A stretch of 64,000 nt of DNA from Mobula hypostoma (Eukaryota): assembly GCF_963921235.1 (NCBI RefSeq), contig NC_086108.1, forward strand, positions 49,788,001-49,852,000, in the 5' to 3' direction. This document shows positions 50,961 through 64,000 of the stretch, piece by piece. The notes beneath the pieces were generated by a model that had not been told where the DNA came from, ran no database searches, and was given only the letters and a program-made list of their open reading frames with translations. Position numbers and translations under genes: made by a program. Positions within the stretch are counted from its first letter, which is position 1, and each line of letters opens with the position of its first letter.

Positions 50961-51854
50961 TGTACAAAATGTACAATGTTCAGACAACACACAAAACATA
51001 AATCATACAAGACATGGAGAATAAAGAGGGTGCAAAAACAAGGCATTAGTGCAAAACAAAACACAATCAGAGAAAATCCATGAAAGTACAAAGGGTGGTC
51101 CACTGTGTTCCAAGGGTTGGGGTTGTGCAGATTAAGAACCTGATGGATGTAGGAAAGTAGCTATTCCTGAACTGGGCTTCTACACCTCCAACCTGATGGT
51201 AACAGCATGACCAGATGGTGGGAATCCTTAATGACAGATGCCGCCTTCTTGAGGGGTATATCCTACGTCAGTGATGGACTAGGTTGTGTCCTCTACTCTC
51301 TGCAGTCTCTTGTGTTTCTGTGCATTGAAAGCATTGTACCAAGCAAGGAATAATAAATACACTGACAACAATGCAATACAAATGTTACTTATCACTTTGC
51401 CACCCAAAGCCATTTCATTATATTGGACTTACTCCAGGCAGATGCCTCACTATCTATGGAGTTGTGAATGAAATAAAACACTGTTCTGTTCTCACTTTGC
51501 ACTGAAGCATTCCCACTTTTCACTTTGAGGGACAGAAGGCCACCTATCCAGCATCGGAAGACAGCTGACGTAGCATGCCACCCTCAGAATCCCTGGCCAC
51601 AATGTACTGGGGCTGGGCTGATTGTCTTCTGACAACTATCGCCACATTCCAGTGGCTGCTTGCTGCTACACTCAAATGCTATCTTAATGTCAATACTCTC
51701 CATTCTCACTTGTTCTTGGGATTCAGAAAAGGCTGTGAAGAAACCTAACGGGAATGTTAAACAGGAGTTATTTGTTCCATAAAACAATTGGGCATAAAAT
51801 ATATTCTCACACCGTTCACAATAATTCTCAGGGCATCTTTGCCAAGTTCTGTCC

Positions 51855-53250
51855 TCAACCAGAATCATCAGGCTTATTATCGCTGGCATGTGTCTGGAAT
51901 ATGTCATTGGCATTTTTCTGATCCTGTGAATTGATGCCTCCATACCAGATGGTGATGTACCTAGTCAGAATTCTCTCCACAGCACACCTGTAGAAAATTG
52001 CTATAGTCTTTGGTGACGTACCAAATCTCCTCAGACTTGTAATGGAATATAGCTGTGGGCATGCCTTCTTCATAATTGCTTCAATATGTAGAGTCTAGGA
52101 TAGATCTTCTGAGATGTTGACACCGAGGATGCTGACTCTTTCCACTTCTGAGCCCTCGATGAGGACTACTGTGTGTTTTCTTGACTTCCCCTTCCTGAAG
52201 TCCACAAGTAGTTCTTTGGTCTGACTGACATGAGTGCAAGGTTGCTGCTGCAACAGCACTCAACCAGCTGATCGATCGCAGTCCTGTACACTTCCTCATC
52301 ACCACCTGAAATTCTGCCAACAACAGTTGTGTCATCAGCAAATTTATAGATGGGGTTTGTGTTGTGCCTAGCCACATTGTCACAAGAGTAGAGAGAGTAT
52401 AGCCCTGGGCTAAGCTCACATCCTTGAGGTGCACCAGTGTCGATCGTCAGCGAGGAGGTGCGATTTCCAATACACACTGACTGTGATCTCAATGTGGCAG
52501 TTGAGGATCCAGTTGCAGAGGGAGGGTACAGAGCCCTGGTTTTGAAGATTGTTGATTAGTACAGAGGGTATGATGGTGTTAAACGCTGAGCTGTAATCAA
52601 TAAACAGCGGCCTGAAGTAGGTACTACTGTTGTCCAGGTGGTTCAAGGTATGATTGCATCCACTGTAGAAGCCAATGAGATTGCCTCCAGCGTAGACCGA
52701 TTATGGTGTAGGCAATTTGCAGCGAGTCCAGGTCCTTGCTCAGGCAGGAGTTTATTCTGGCTATGACCAACCCCTCAATGCACTTGATCGTAGTAGATGT
52801 GAGTGCAACTGAGCGATAATCATTCGGGCAGCTCACCCTACTCTTCAGGGGCACTAGTACGACTGCTGCCCTTAGGAAGCAGCTGGGAATCTCCAACTGC
52901 AGCAGTGAGGAACTGAAGATGTCCTTGAACACTCCAGCCTGCTGGTTGGCACAGGTTTTGAGTGCCCTGCCAGGTATACCATTGGGGCCTGACACCTAGT
53001 GAGGGTTCACCCTCTTGAAACGTGTTTCTAAGTTAGCTTCTGAGACAGATCTCACAGGGCCACCAGATCGTGCAGGGATTCACACAGGTATAGTTTCATT
53101 CACCCTTTCAAAATGTGTGTAAAAGCTCATCAGGGAATGAAGCATCACAGCCATTTATGATATTAAGGTTTTGCCTTGTTACAGCCTGCAGATCCTGCCA
53201 TAGCTGACGTGATTAACGTTTGCCTCTAACTTCACTTGGAATTGCTTTTT
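51855..53250 (-). mobile_element. Rex1/Babar LINE RT region
   Basis: [58 protein letters not shown]. Confidence 0.88.
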
Positions 53251-54989
53251 TGTTCTGGCACCAAGAACTTCCTCATTGCTGCTGCCTCTCAACCATAGTA
53301 ACTTCAGACTTCCACTTTTGCAACATGGTGACAATGTGGGAGTAATTCCGGGAAAGTTTCCAGCTAAATCTGTTTTTTCAATTTTAGATGACTTCTTTTT
53401 TAAACACTCCAGTTTGGCATCACATCTGTATACAAATGAACCGTGAGTAAAAATCATAGGTACCACATGGGCTAAAGTGCAGATTTGGAATGCAATTTTA
53501 CTGTCACGTTTATTTCTTCAGAAACGCTTGTGGGGACTTACTCTGTGCAAATTAACTGTGGTGTCTTCTTCCTTATAATAGTAACTATTCTTACTGGCAG
53601 TAAAGTTGGTATATCATCATGAAGTGATGAAAGTGTGATATAAATCTTGAGGATTGTAAAGAGAACATTTGTAACAGAATATCCTCGCTCAGCAAGTTCC
53701 TTAGCTGAAGGGATTAACACAATTTCCCAAAGAGAAAAATGGTGCTTCCTATTTCTTTGACATAAAGAATGAACTGACTACTACAAACTATTCTGTGCTG
53801 ACTGCTGGGACATAATGAATGAGGTTAATTGCAAATCAGGCTATAATGCATACTGTTCCAGCAGGGTGGATATGACTGCGTAGCTTCACAATGAACAGAC
53901 GCTGCAACAAACAGGTCACCTTGTCTGGCATCAAGCTTGATAACGTCGTATAAATTAGATTAACTTCCTCATCAAAATTATACTGATTTCCCAATTGGCA
54001 GCAACAGATAGTGAGAACAGCCAACAAGCAAGAAGGAAAAAAACAAAAAAAATTTCAATGATTTTACAGTGAACGTCAATGCCTAAACAGATGTTTGAAG
54101 ATATGGGACAATTAAACACGCTTGCCAAGGCTACTCTGTGACCAGCTTTCAAATATGTAACACCATCAAGGACAAACAAACATACGGGAACACCATCACC
54201 TACACCTACAGGTTCCTCTCCAAGACAGACATCACACTGACTCGGAAATATATTCCTTATGGCTGGCTGTGAAATCCAGAAGCCCCTGTGTGACAATGCT
54301 GAGGAAGTACCTCATCAGAAGTCCTTCACTGCCGCCATCTTGATAATGAGGGGTAGGTATCGAACGCTGGTCTTGCCAGTGATTCCTGCATCCTGAAAAT
54401 GATTTCAAAACTTTTCAACCTTCACTAACTTATTTAGCAGCTTTACCCTTTCCAAAATATTAATGGTGACATTTTAATGTTTCTGGGAATGAACCCAATA
54501 TATTATAGCCCTTTAATCAGCTTCTGGTTACATTCCACATCAGGTGTATGTTCAGATTATGAATAAAACATCAGCTATGCATCTATGCCAAGCACTGGCT
54601 ACAGTACACAGGTGTAATTACCTCTTCAAATGGCAGGGTAGGCCAACAAAAAGGAAACCATTATTAATTGCCAGGGTTAGAAAACATCAGATATTTTCAC
54701 CGCTGTTAGTGTTTGGGATATATCACGAGCAGCATCCATAGTGTCTCCACTTTCCTGGAATTAGCACATTGTGCAGGAGACTACTTCATATTAATAATTC
54801 AGAAAGTGGACAGAATGAGGCAGAAGGGTGCACATAATTTTATTTGTAACAGAGTTCAGTGACTTTGTCCTGTTTATGTCAGTTAGCTGCTCTGTGATAA
54901 TGGCTCAGTGGAGAAAATAACCCTTCTGGTTTTCACTGGTGTGTTAGGGTGTAATTAATGGGGTGAAGTGGGATCAGCCTAACAGAGAC

Positions 54990-55375
54990 CAGAGACCAGA
55001 ACAGCACTCTACAGGCCATTCAGCCCCTGTCCTGAAGTTGTTCTCATCTTTCAACCTACTCCAAGATCAACCTTATTTTTCTCTCCCGCCTACACAGCCC
55101 TGCATTTCTCTTCTACCCCTGTGCTTATCTAGGTGTCTCATAAATGCCCCGAACATATCTGCCTCTACCGTCACTCCTGGTAGCACATTCTGTGCATCTA
55201 CCACTCTGTGTAAAGAAACTTACCTCTGATATCTTCCTCACTCCACTCCCCCCCTCATACTTTCCTCCAGACACTTTAAAATTATCCCCTCTCATATTAG
55301 ACACTTCCACCCTGGGATAAAAGCACTGGCTGCCCACTCTATCTGAGCCTCTTATCAACTTATACACTTCTATCA
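54990..55375 (-). mobile_element. CR1 LINE 3' end
   Basis: ORF 55125-55454: MIEVYKLIRG.DRV....YPRVEVSNMRG..FKV.G. Confidence 0.7.
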
Positions 55376-55537
55376 TACAAGGTGTATTTGTAATATTAAT
55401 TGCACAAGCGACGCCTGTGGTTTCATGAATCTTATAGTCTGTTTTTACCCACAATACGAGTACAAGTTAAAATAGACACATGTTACTTCATGGAATATTA
55501 CAAGGGAATGCCATGCTCCAAAATGAGAAAACATTAA

Positions 55538-56748
55538 AAGTTCAAGGTTCAAAGTAAATTTATATCAAAGTACATATATGTCACCATATACAATGCTGAG
55601 ATTGATTTTCTTGTGGGCATACTCAATAAATCTATGATAGAACAATAACCCCAATAGAGTCAATGAAAGACCACACCAACTTGGGCATTCAACCAGTCTG
55701 CAAAAGACAACAAACTGTGCAAATACAAAAACAAATAAACAAATAAATAAATAATAAATAAGCAATAAATATCAAGAATGTAAGATGAAGGACACTTGAA
55801 AGTGAATCCATAGGTTATGGCAATATTTCAGTGATGGGGAAACTGAAGTTAAGTGAAGTTATCCCCTTTGGTTCAACAGCCTGATGATTATGGGGTAATA
55901 ATTGTTCCTGAACCTGGTGCTGTGAGTCCTGAGGCTCCTGTATCTTCGTCCTGATGACAGCAGAGAGAAGAGAGCGTGTCCTGGGTGGTGGGGGTCCCTG
56001 ATGGTGGGTGCTGCTTTCCCGCGACAACGTTTTGTGTAGATATGTTCAATGGTGGAAAGAGCTTTACCCTTGATGGATTAGACTGTATCTAGTACATTTT
56101 GTAGGATTTTCCATTCAAGGACACTTGTATTTCCATACAAGGCTGTGATGCAACCAGTCAATACACTCTCCACTACACATCTATGGAAGCTTGTCAAAGT
56201 TTTAGATTTCATGCTAAATTTTCACAAACTCCTAAGGAAGTAGAAGCACTGCCGTGCTTGCTTTGTAATTGCACTCATGTGCTGAGACATGACAGGTCGC
56301 CCAAGATAATAACACAGAGGACCCTCTCCACCTCTGATTACCCAATGAGGACTGGCTCATGGAACTCTGGCTTCCTTCTCCCAAAGTCAATAATCAGCTC
56401 CTTGGTCTTGCTGACATTGAGTAAGAGGTTGTTGTTATGGCAACACTCATCCAGATTTTCAGTCTCCAACCTGTCTGCTGATTCATCACCACCTTTGATT
56501 CAGCCTACAACAGTGGTGTTGTCAGCAAGCTTGAATATGGCATTGCAGCAGTGCTTAGCCACACAGTCAAAGGTGTGAAGTGAGTAGAGCAGGGGGCTCA
56601 GCACACAGCCTTGTGGTGCTCCAGTGCTGATGGAGATCGTGGAGAGATGTTCTTGCCGATCCAAACTGACTGGAGACTGCAAGTGAGGAAATCCAAGATC
56701 CAACTGCACAAAGAGGTATTGAGGCCAGTGTCCTGGAAGTTATTGATC
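55538..56748 (-). mobile_element. Rex1/Babar LINE 3' portion
   Basis: STGAPQGCVLSPLLYSL, IFKLADNTTVVG; same 3' tail as the 11355-12770 copy. Confidence 0.85.
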
Positions 56749-57234
56749 ACTCAAATATTTTTGAAAATCATTACACCACTGAATAAAAGGTTCTTTATTC
56801 TTCAGTATTTTTATGAAATTAAACCTATATTCACAGGACTAACTGCAGAAATGAAGAATACATTTGGATACCACTTCATGCACTTCGTTGTGTTATGTCA
56901 TGAATAGATGTGTTCATTGACTTGTACAGAACAAAACCAAGGGAAGCGGGTAGTTGCAGACTTTTGGTTTTATTTTTCTCATTAGTTTGGGAATGATAAA
57001 AGTGAGCAGTTTTGAATGGTAAAAGGGATTGGAGAGGGTCTAGGCTGAACAAACAAAGCAGAGAAAGAAGAGCATTTCAGTTGTAATTTCCCATTTTTCA
57101 AAAATCAGGCTTATAATGAAATAAAGCATTTACTCTCATAAAATGGTGTGATGGCAGAGCGGACTCCATGGGCCATATGACCTAATTCTGTTCCTACCTC
57201 TTGTGGTCATACAGCCTAACACTGAAGGAGTTCA

Positions 57235-57432
<198 letters not shown>

Positions 57433-58569
57433 TCACTGAGTTAGCTGGTTCTTATTCATTTACTCTACAAACAGCTCCTGAGCAATGGAAGAAACTTAAA
57501 TGCAGTTTCAGTGCTAAAATGCTGCTGCTTCACATTTTCCCAAGTATTGTCAGGTGATAGAGAAATGCGGATACTGTGATATTCAATTAGATAACCCAAA
57601 ACAACTTCTCAAAAACTAGCCTCAAAGGCAAGAAATCTTTAATATACTGCAATTGTACATCCCAAAGCATTTCATGAAATAAAATTTGACAGTGATGCTG
57701 TTCAAAAAACAACATCAGGACAAAAAAAGAAGAGAGTTTTACAAACCATCTTAAAAGGGGGAGTAGAAAGGTGAAGAGCTGAGCAAAGGAATCCTGGAGG
57801 GCCGGGCCTAGGGAACTAAACACAATCCTCCAGTCTGTGCAAGATGCTAAATTCAGAGTATCGCAGGTGTAGGGGAGAGAGACATTAGAGGGATAAGGAC
57901 TGGGAAGCCAGCAAAGGCGGGCTGAAACCAGGGTGAGAATTTCAAACCCGAGTGCCAAAGCTCATCTAAAACAACACAAAGGAACGGAGGAACTCAGGTC
58001 AGGCAGAGTCAATGGAAGGAAATGGGCAGTCGATGTTTCAGGTGGCATCTCTTAATCTGAACATCTCATGTATTATAAAACATCTTCCAATGAGAATAAA
58101 TTTTCTGTTTTCAGAGAACATAGAACAGTATAGACCCTTTGGCCCACAATGTTGTGCCAATATTTAGACCTACTCTAAGCCTTCCCTCCTACATAGCCCT
58201 CCACTTTTCTAATATCCATGTGCCTATCTCAGAGTTTCTTAAATATCCCTGATATATCTGCCTCTACCCCTACCCCGTGCACTCACCAGTCTCTGTGTAA
58301 AGAACTTACCTCTGGCAACCCCCCTATACTTTCCTCCAATCGCCTTAAAATTGGATCCTCTTTTTCCTTCTGTACCTTCACACTTTACAACATAAGCAAG
58401 TGATGTGCTAAAAAGAAGTGTGAAAAGCTTCCTACATTTAGTTGGCACATCTTTCCATTCTAGAACTCAGGCTATGATAACAAATTATATTAAAAAAATT
58501 GTGAACCTTGGAGACATAGCTTTTGCAAGGGATCCTATTTGCCAGTTTACAAATTATATATAAAGAAGT

Positions 58570-61500
58570 TAATTTTCATGGTATTCTGCTGCTGTTCAAC
58601 ATGTTGTGTTTTCAGAGTTGCTTTTCTGCACACCACTTTTGTAAAGCATGGTTATTCGAGTTACTGTTGCCTTCCTGTCAGCTTGAACCAGTCTGGCCAT
58701 TCTCCTTTGACTTCTCTCATTAACAAGGCATTTTTGCCCACAAAACAGCCACTCACTGGATTTTTTTTTTGTTAACCATTCTGTTAACTCAAGAAACTGT
58801 TGTGCATGAAATTCCTAGATTATCAGCAGTTTCTGAGATACAGAAAGCACCCCTTCTGGTATCAACAATCATTTCACAGTCAAAGTCACTGAGATCACAT
58901 TTCTTCCCCGTTCTGATGTTTAGTCGTAACAACAACTGAACCACTTCTGCTTCTTCTTCTTTTGACTTTTAATAGCAGTTGGCAGTCCAACATAAAGATG
59001 CATTACCACCATCAACTGGACTGGAGTGTGGTGTAGAGAACTGGGGGGAAAACTTTACTACTTCTTTTTCAAATGAAAGCTAAATTACCCCCAAAAGCCC
59101 TGTAGACTGTGAGTAATGAAAGGTGATACTGTGAGTTACATTAAAGTCACTCCCGTAACTTAACAAGTCTGTAAATGAAAACTGTCAATCCCCAAAGATT
59201 GTAATGAGGCCTGCATTTATTTCAACCTTATATGCTTCACACTGTAATAATATGTTCAACAGTTTCATAATGATGACAAGGCCTACACAACCCAGAGTGA
59301 TGTTTTCCAAAAAGATATAAGGAATAATTAAGCATAGTATGCCCAATTCTAAGTAGTGTCAAAATAATTTCTTCCCTTATTGGTTTACCCCTTTCTCCCA
59401 TAACTAACTAACTCCCATAAACCCATCAGTGTGATGTATTCTATAAAGCTGGCTCCTTTTATGTCCGTTATCCCACAGGTCTTGCCATAACCCCCTAATT
59501 CTTAACCCTGCCATCCCCTTAGCCTCTGATTTGCTACGTGGAAGGTCTATATTCTCTCATGAACTTTTATAACAGCTTTCTAAGCTAAACTACCCACCCT
59601 CTCATTCCCCTCAACACCTCTATGTGGAAGGGCCCAAAAGAAGCAAACATAAACTAATACTTTGTGCATGAAATAATGTTTGATGAGTTTCCAACAGTAG
59701 ATCTGACCTACTGCTAGAATCACCTGTTTTAAAACTCATCATTACTGACAAGGAATCTGAACAAATTTCAACTTTACATGGACAAATTTCCTCCACCCAC
59801 TGAGAGCCTAAAATAGTGGCAACCAAGTCTGATGTATATACTGATAAATGATAGTAAGCAGTTTCTTTCTCATTACCTGTAATTCAGATACAAAAGCAGC
59901 CAACCAACATTCCCAGTTAAATTATCTTTTGATCCATCTGTAAAAATGGTTAACATACCATAATAATTTTCATTAATATATTGATGAACCAATAGGTTTT
60001 TAGGCATTACAGAATACTTAGACTTTATTAAATTGTGTAAACTAAAATCAACAAATGTGATTGGAAAAAAAAAGGTGTGGTTACTGAGAAAGCTACAGTA
60101 TGACATATTGCAAAATCCAACAAATCCATATTCCTAGCATGATAAGAACTCAGCCACCCAAAACTAAAAAACACTCTTCTTATGATGTTCCCAACAGTCC
60201 TCCAACACACCTTTAACAGAATGTTAATTTCTCTGCCCCCCACCCTCAAATTAATCCAGTATGTTAACATCAACTTCCACCTCCGCAATTGTTGGGGTAA
60301 TTGTCCCATTTCAAGCAGTAAAGCTGAAACGGGGTGGTGTCCTCACTGCACCACAACATCATCGTAAAGCCTGTGCTTTAAGATCAACGTTGAAGAAGCA
60401 GCTGATTCACAAGACACACAGCCATAATCAAGAACAGACCTAATTAAACAAATATAAATGGTCAACAAAAATTTGTGTGTAGCACCCCAGGAACGCCTAC
60501 ATAGACACCTGAGAATACTTAATGCTCCTTTACATTTACCAATGATTTTACTGATATGGTGCTTCCATGTCAGCTTATTATCCATCTACATGCCTTGAAA
60601 CCTTACCACTGACTCTTCAAGAGTTTAACTGTATAATTTCAAATCAAGTACAGGTCTATCAATCTTCTTTGTAAAACATATAACTTGAGTTTTAGCTACC
60701 GTAAGTTTAAATCCTCATCTACTTGAAATTGAAATTTCTACCTCTAATCCATAAAGTTCCATGATCTGCATATAGTGATTTACCCACCCCAGTACCTATC
60801 TCAGAGAAAATATCATTAGTCATAATATTAAATAATAAAGGGCTACAAATATTACCTTGTGAGGTCCCATTCTCTATTTCACAGAAACCCAAATATACCT
60901 TGCCCACACTTACCTGCATAGACTATCCAAATAAAAAACTCAGGGAAAAAAAAATCACACGATCTCCTCCTCATTCCTAATTTCAGTAGTTTAATCAAAA
61001 AGTCCTTCCTTTCATAACATATCATATGCCTTTTCAATATAAAAGTACTGCTATTATAACTTCTTTATTTACCTGTGCTTCGCTAATATCATCTTCCAAA
61101 CATAAGACTGAATCCAATGTCATTCTACCCTTCCGAGGTCCACGCTGATAAAACGCTATATCTCTGCTCTTTTCCAATATATAATTCAAACGTTCCATTG
61201 CCATATGCTCTTCAAGTTTACATAGATGAGACGTTAACAATACAGGCCTATAACCTGAAGCATCCAATGGGGTTTCCCAGCTTTTAGAACAGGTACTACT
61301 ATTTTTTATGAGGAAGGAAGATGGCCTACACTCCAAAAATGATTCAAAAATTTTAATATTATCTCAAGAGAATTAGCAGCCATATGTCTGATCAACCAAT
61401 AACATTTATTATCCTTTCCTGAAGACATCTGGCCTACATTAATAATAGCCTTCTTAAATTCATACAAAGAAAACTCTACATCAGTAATGCTATCATTGCT

Positions 61501-61945
61501 ATAGCTGACTTCCAGCACATCAAGGTATTCATTTAGAACCTCATCCCTACATTGCTTAACCTCTTCACTTAAATTATCTTGACATAGTAAATAACATAGC
61601 CAGTAACTCAATCTTCTCCATCTCAGTAATAATCATTTTACCCTCATCAATCAATACTGGAATATTATTATCCCAATGAAATCCACCCCCCTCCATTTTC
61701 TTAATCTTTCCCCAAACTTCTCCAAGTTTAATATCCCTTCCAATATTATCAAATATGATCTGCAGTAAACCTTTTCCTCAATCTTCACCACTTTCCTCGC
61801 CTGGTCCGTGCTCTTTTATACAATCAATTGAACCTCTTGACTACGTCTGCATGCTTTTATTCATTGAGTTGCTGCCACTTGATTATATATTTGCATTAAC
61901 AAGCAGGTGTACAGGTGTAGCTAACAAAGTGGCCACTAAGTGTAG
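58570..61945. mobile_element. Tc1-derived non-autonomous element split by a LINE insertion (58570-58942 and about 61825-61945)
   Basis: Ends caggtgtagctaacaaagtggccactaagtgTA. The imperfect direct repeat caa(c/t)tgaacc(a/t)ctt flanks the LINE. Confidence 0.55.
58944..61820 (-). mobile_element. I/Nimb-group LINE with RT and RNase H, 5'-truncated and decayed
   Basis: YRPVLLTSHLCKL, NGTSQGNICSPLLFNIM, LYAD, LIRSVLDYG; RNase H motifs IFTDGSK and ICSDSLS; (GAA)n-type tail at 58944-58961. Confidence 0.8.
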
Positions 61946-63269
61946 GGCAGTAACAAGGAGTTAAATTTGCAGCAGGTTTAGCTGCGTTGGGACCTGAGAT
62001 TAGAAGTGAAACCAAACTTAATGACGCTTCCCATAAGAACAGAACAGACTCGAGGGGTAAATGACCAGCTTCTTAATACTGTGTTCCAATGTACTGAAAA
62101 CAAATTCACAATGCCAGGACATGTAACTGGCCTGGGGCCAAACCATTAATCTAGGTTTGCAGCATCCTTCAAACAAATACTGGGCAGTATGTTGAACCAC
62201 TAACAATCTGTCCATTTCCAACCTGCACAAGCATTATCATGCAAGAGACACGAACACAAAGTTAAACCACGTCTAATTAATTTGGATTTTTGGGAAACCT
62301 TAAATCCTGTCATGGAACTGCAGAAAACACATCAGTACAAGACCATTTGGCTCATCAGGTTTGCGCCTGTCAAGAAAGAAACATCCAGCCTGATCCTACC
62401 ATCTAATATTTGGTCCATATTCCTGCAGTTCACGTGCACTGTGAGTACTTCTGACATGTGATGAGGGCTTCTACCTCATTAAGGCTTTTAGTGCCAGACC
62501 CAACTACCCTCCGAGAGAACACATTTTTTTTCTTTCATTTACCATCTAACCTTTTTGTTACTGTCTTTAACTTTATATCCCCTTGTTTCAAAGGTACATT
62601 TAATGTCAGAGAAATGTATGCAATATACATCCTGAAATGCCTTTTCTTCACAAGCATCCTCGAAAACAGCGGAGTGCCCCCAAAGAATGAATGAAAGTTA
62701 AATGTTAGAACCCCAAAGTACTTCCCAGTTCCCCCTTCCCACGCATAAGCAGTAGCAAAGCAACGATTCCCCCACACCCCCCACCAGCAAAAAAAAAGCA
62801 TCAGCACCCGCCACCAAGCACTCAAGCGTGCAGCAAAGCAACAGCAAAGACACAGACTTGCAGTACCCCAAAGACTACTCGTTCACCCGGTATTCGACAT
62901 AACACATGCTCTCTCTCTTCTAATAAGGGAGAAGGAGGTGCCTCTATTTCACAGCAAGAGGGGAGACATAACAAACAACTCGCTGGTTTACAATGTTAAA
63001 AGTCCGTTGCATCGCTTTTTCCAAGCTCTGTGCCCAAAGATCTCAGTTCTCAGAGCACACAGCTAGAGATCTTCCAACTCCCAGCCCCTTAGTAAAGGTC
63101 ATTCCTACGCATTCCACCTATTGTTTTCATAATCTTACATACCTTACTTAAATCTCTTCTCACTCCAGTTCAAACAAAACAAGCCCAAACAAGGTCGAAA
63201 CTGCTAAAGATATCCAGCTGGCTAGACAGCATCCATGAAGGGAGAAACAGAGTTCTTTTTTTTTAGAGA

Positions 63270-63802
63270 TTAAATCTTAGCATTATTTGTCATATGTGCA
63301 TCGAAACATCAAACCATACAGTGAAATGCGTGTTCTGTGTCTGAGGATTGTGGTGAGATCACATCCTTCCAGCATCAATGTAGCATGCCCACAACTTGCT
63401 ACACTAACCGTAGTCGTTGGAATATGGGAGGAAATCCGGAGCACCTGCAGGAACCCCATGTGGTCACAGGGAGAACATACGAACTCCTTACAGACAGTGA
63501 GGGGAATCAAATCCGGAGCACACGCAGGAACCCCACATTGTCACGGGGAGAACATACGAACTCCTTACACACAACAACGAGAAGCAAATCCGGAGCACCT
63601 GCAGGAACCCCATGTGGTCACTGGGAGAACATACAAACTTCTTACAGACAGTGACAGGAATCAAATCTGGATCACCTGCAGGAACCTCACGTGGTCACAG
63701 GAAGAACATACGAACTCCTTACAGACAGTGATGGGATTCAACACCCAACTGGTGACCACAGATAATGTAAAGCAATTGTGCTCACGGCTGCACCATCGTG
63801 CC
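63270..63802 (-). mobile_element. V-SINE-like tRNA-derived SINE with internal 4 x 77-bp tandem amplification (63432-63739)
   Basis: Minus strand has a tRNA-like head, then ctgtctgtaaggagttcgtatgttctccctgtgaccacatggggttcctgcaggtgctccggattt repeated; units start at 63432, 63509, 63586 and 63663. Confidence 0.8.
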
Positions 63803-64000
63803 ATCCTCCTGCTTAGCTCTGAGAAGGGACCAGATCAAGAGTTTTCAGGCTAGTATGGATGCAAACCATATTTCAGATCAATGATCCCTCAGCGTTCCAG
63901 GAAAAATTAAAAATAAAAGAATATTTTGACCTGCAGAAAAGGGGAGGTGACGAGCATGGGGTAGCGGTGGTTGTTATATGTGGTAAGGTGTGGACTAAAG

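Noticed and set aside
63287..63853. 188-aa ORF with internal repeats
   Set aside because: It is an antisense read-through of the 77-bp SINE tandem units.

Overview
This is eukaryotic, repeat-dense vertebrate genomic DNA, not prokaryotic. The repeat landscape (Rex1/Babar and CR1 LINEs, Penelope-like elements, V-SINE, Tc1, Gypsy) suggests a cartilaginous fish such as a ray; that assignment is inference. The only host coding sequence I can support is two minus-strand exons of NMNAT2: 57262-57350 ([30 protein letters not shown]) and 29440-29507 ([23 protein letters not shown]), both with canonical AG/GT boundaries and compatible phases. The window therefore appears to be NMNAT2 introns 1-3, and nearly all other listed ORFs are decayed transposons or chance frames. 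The most interesting structure is a set of about a dozen Penelope-like pseudo-LTRs carrying minimal hammerhead-ribozyme motifs. Several occur as small fold-back insertions with their own target-site duplications (TSDs), including a perfect 92-bp inverted repeat. Also present: a 31-bp minisatellite built from palindromes, a 77-bp tandem amplification inside a SINE, an isolated RFX X-box, and a speculative alternative 3' end for NMNAT2. Boundaries of old repeats are approximate; all analysis was by eye.
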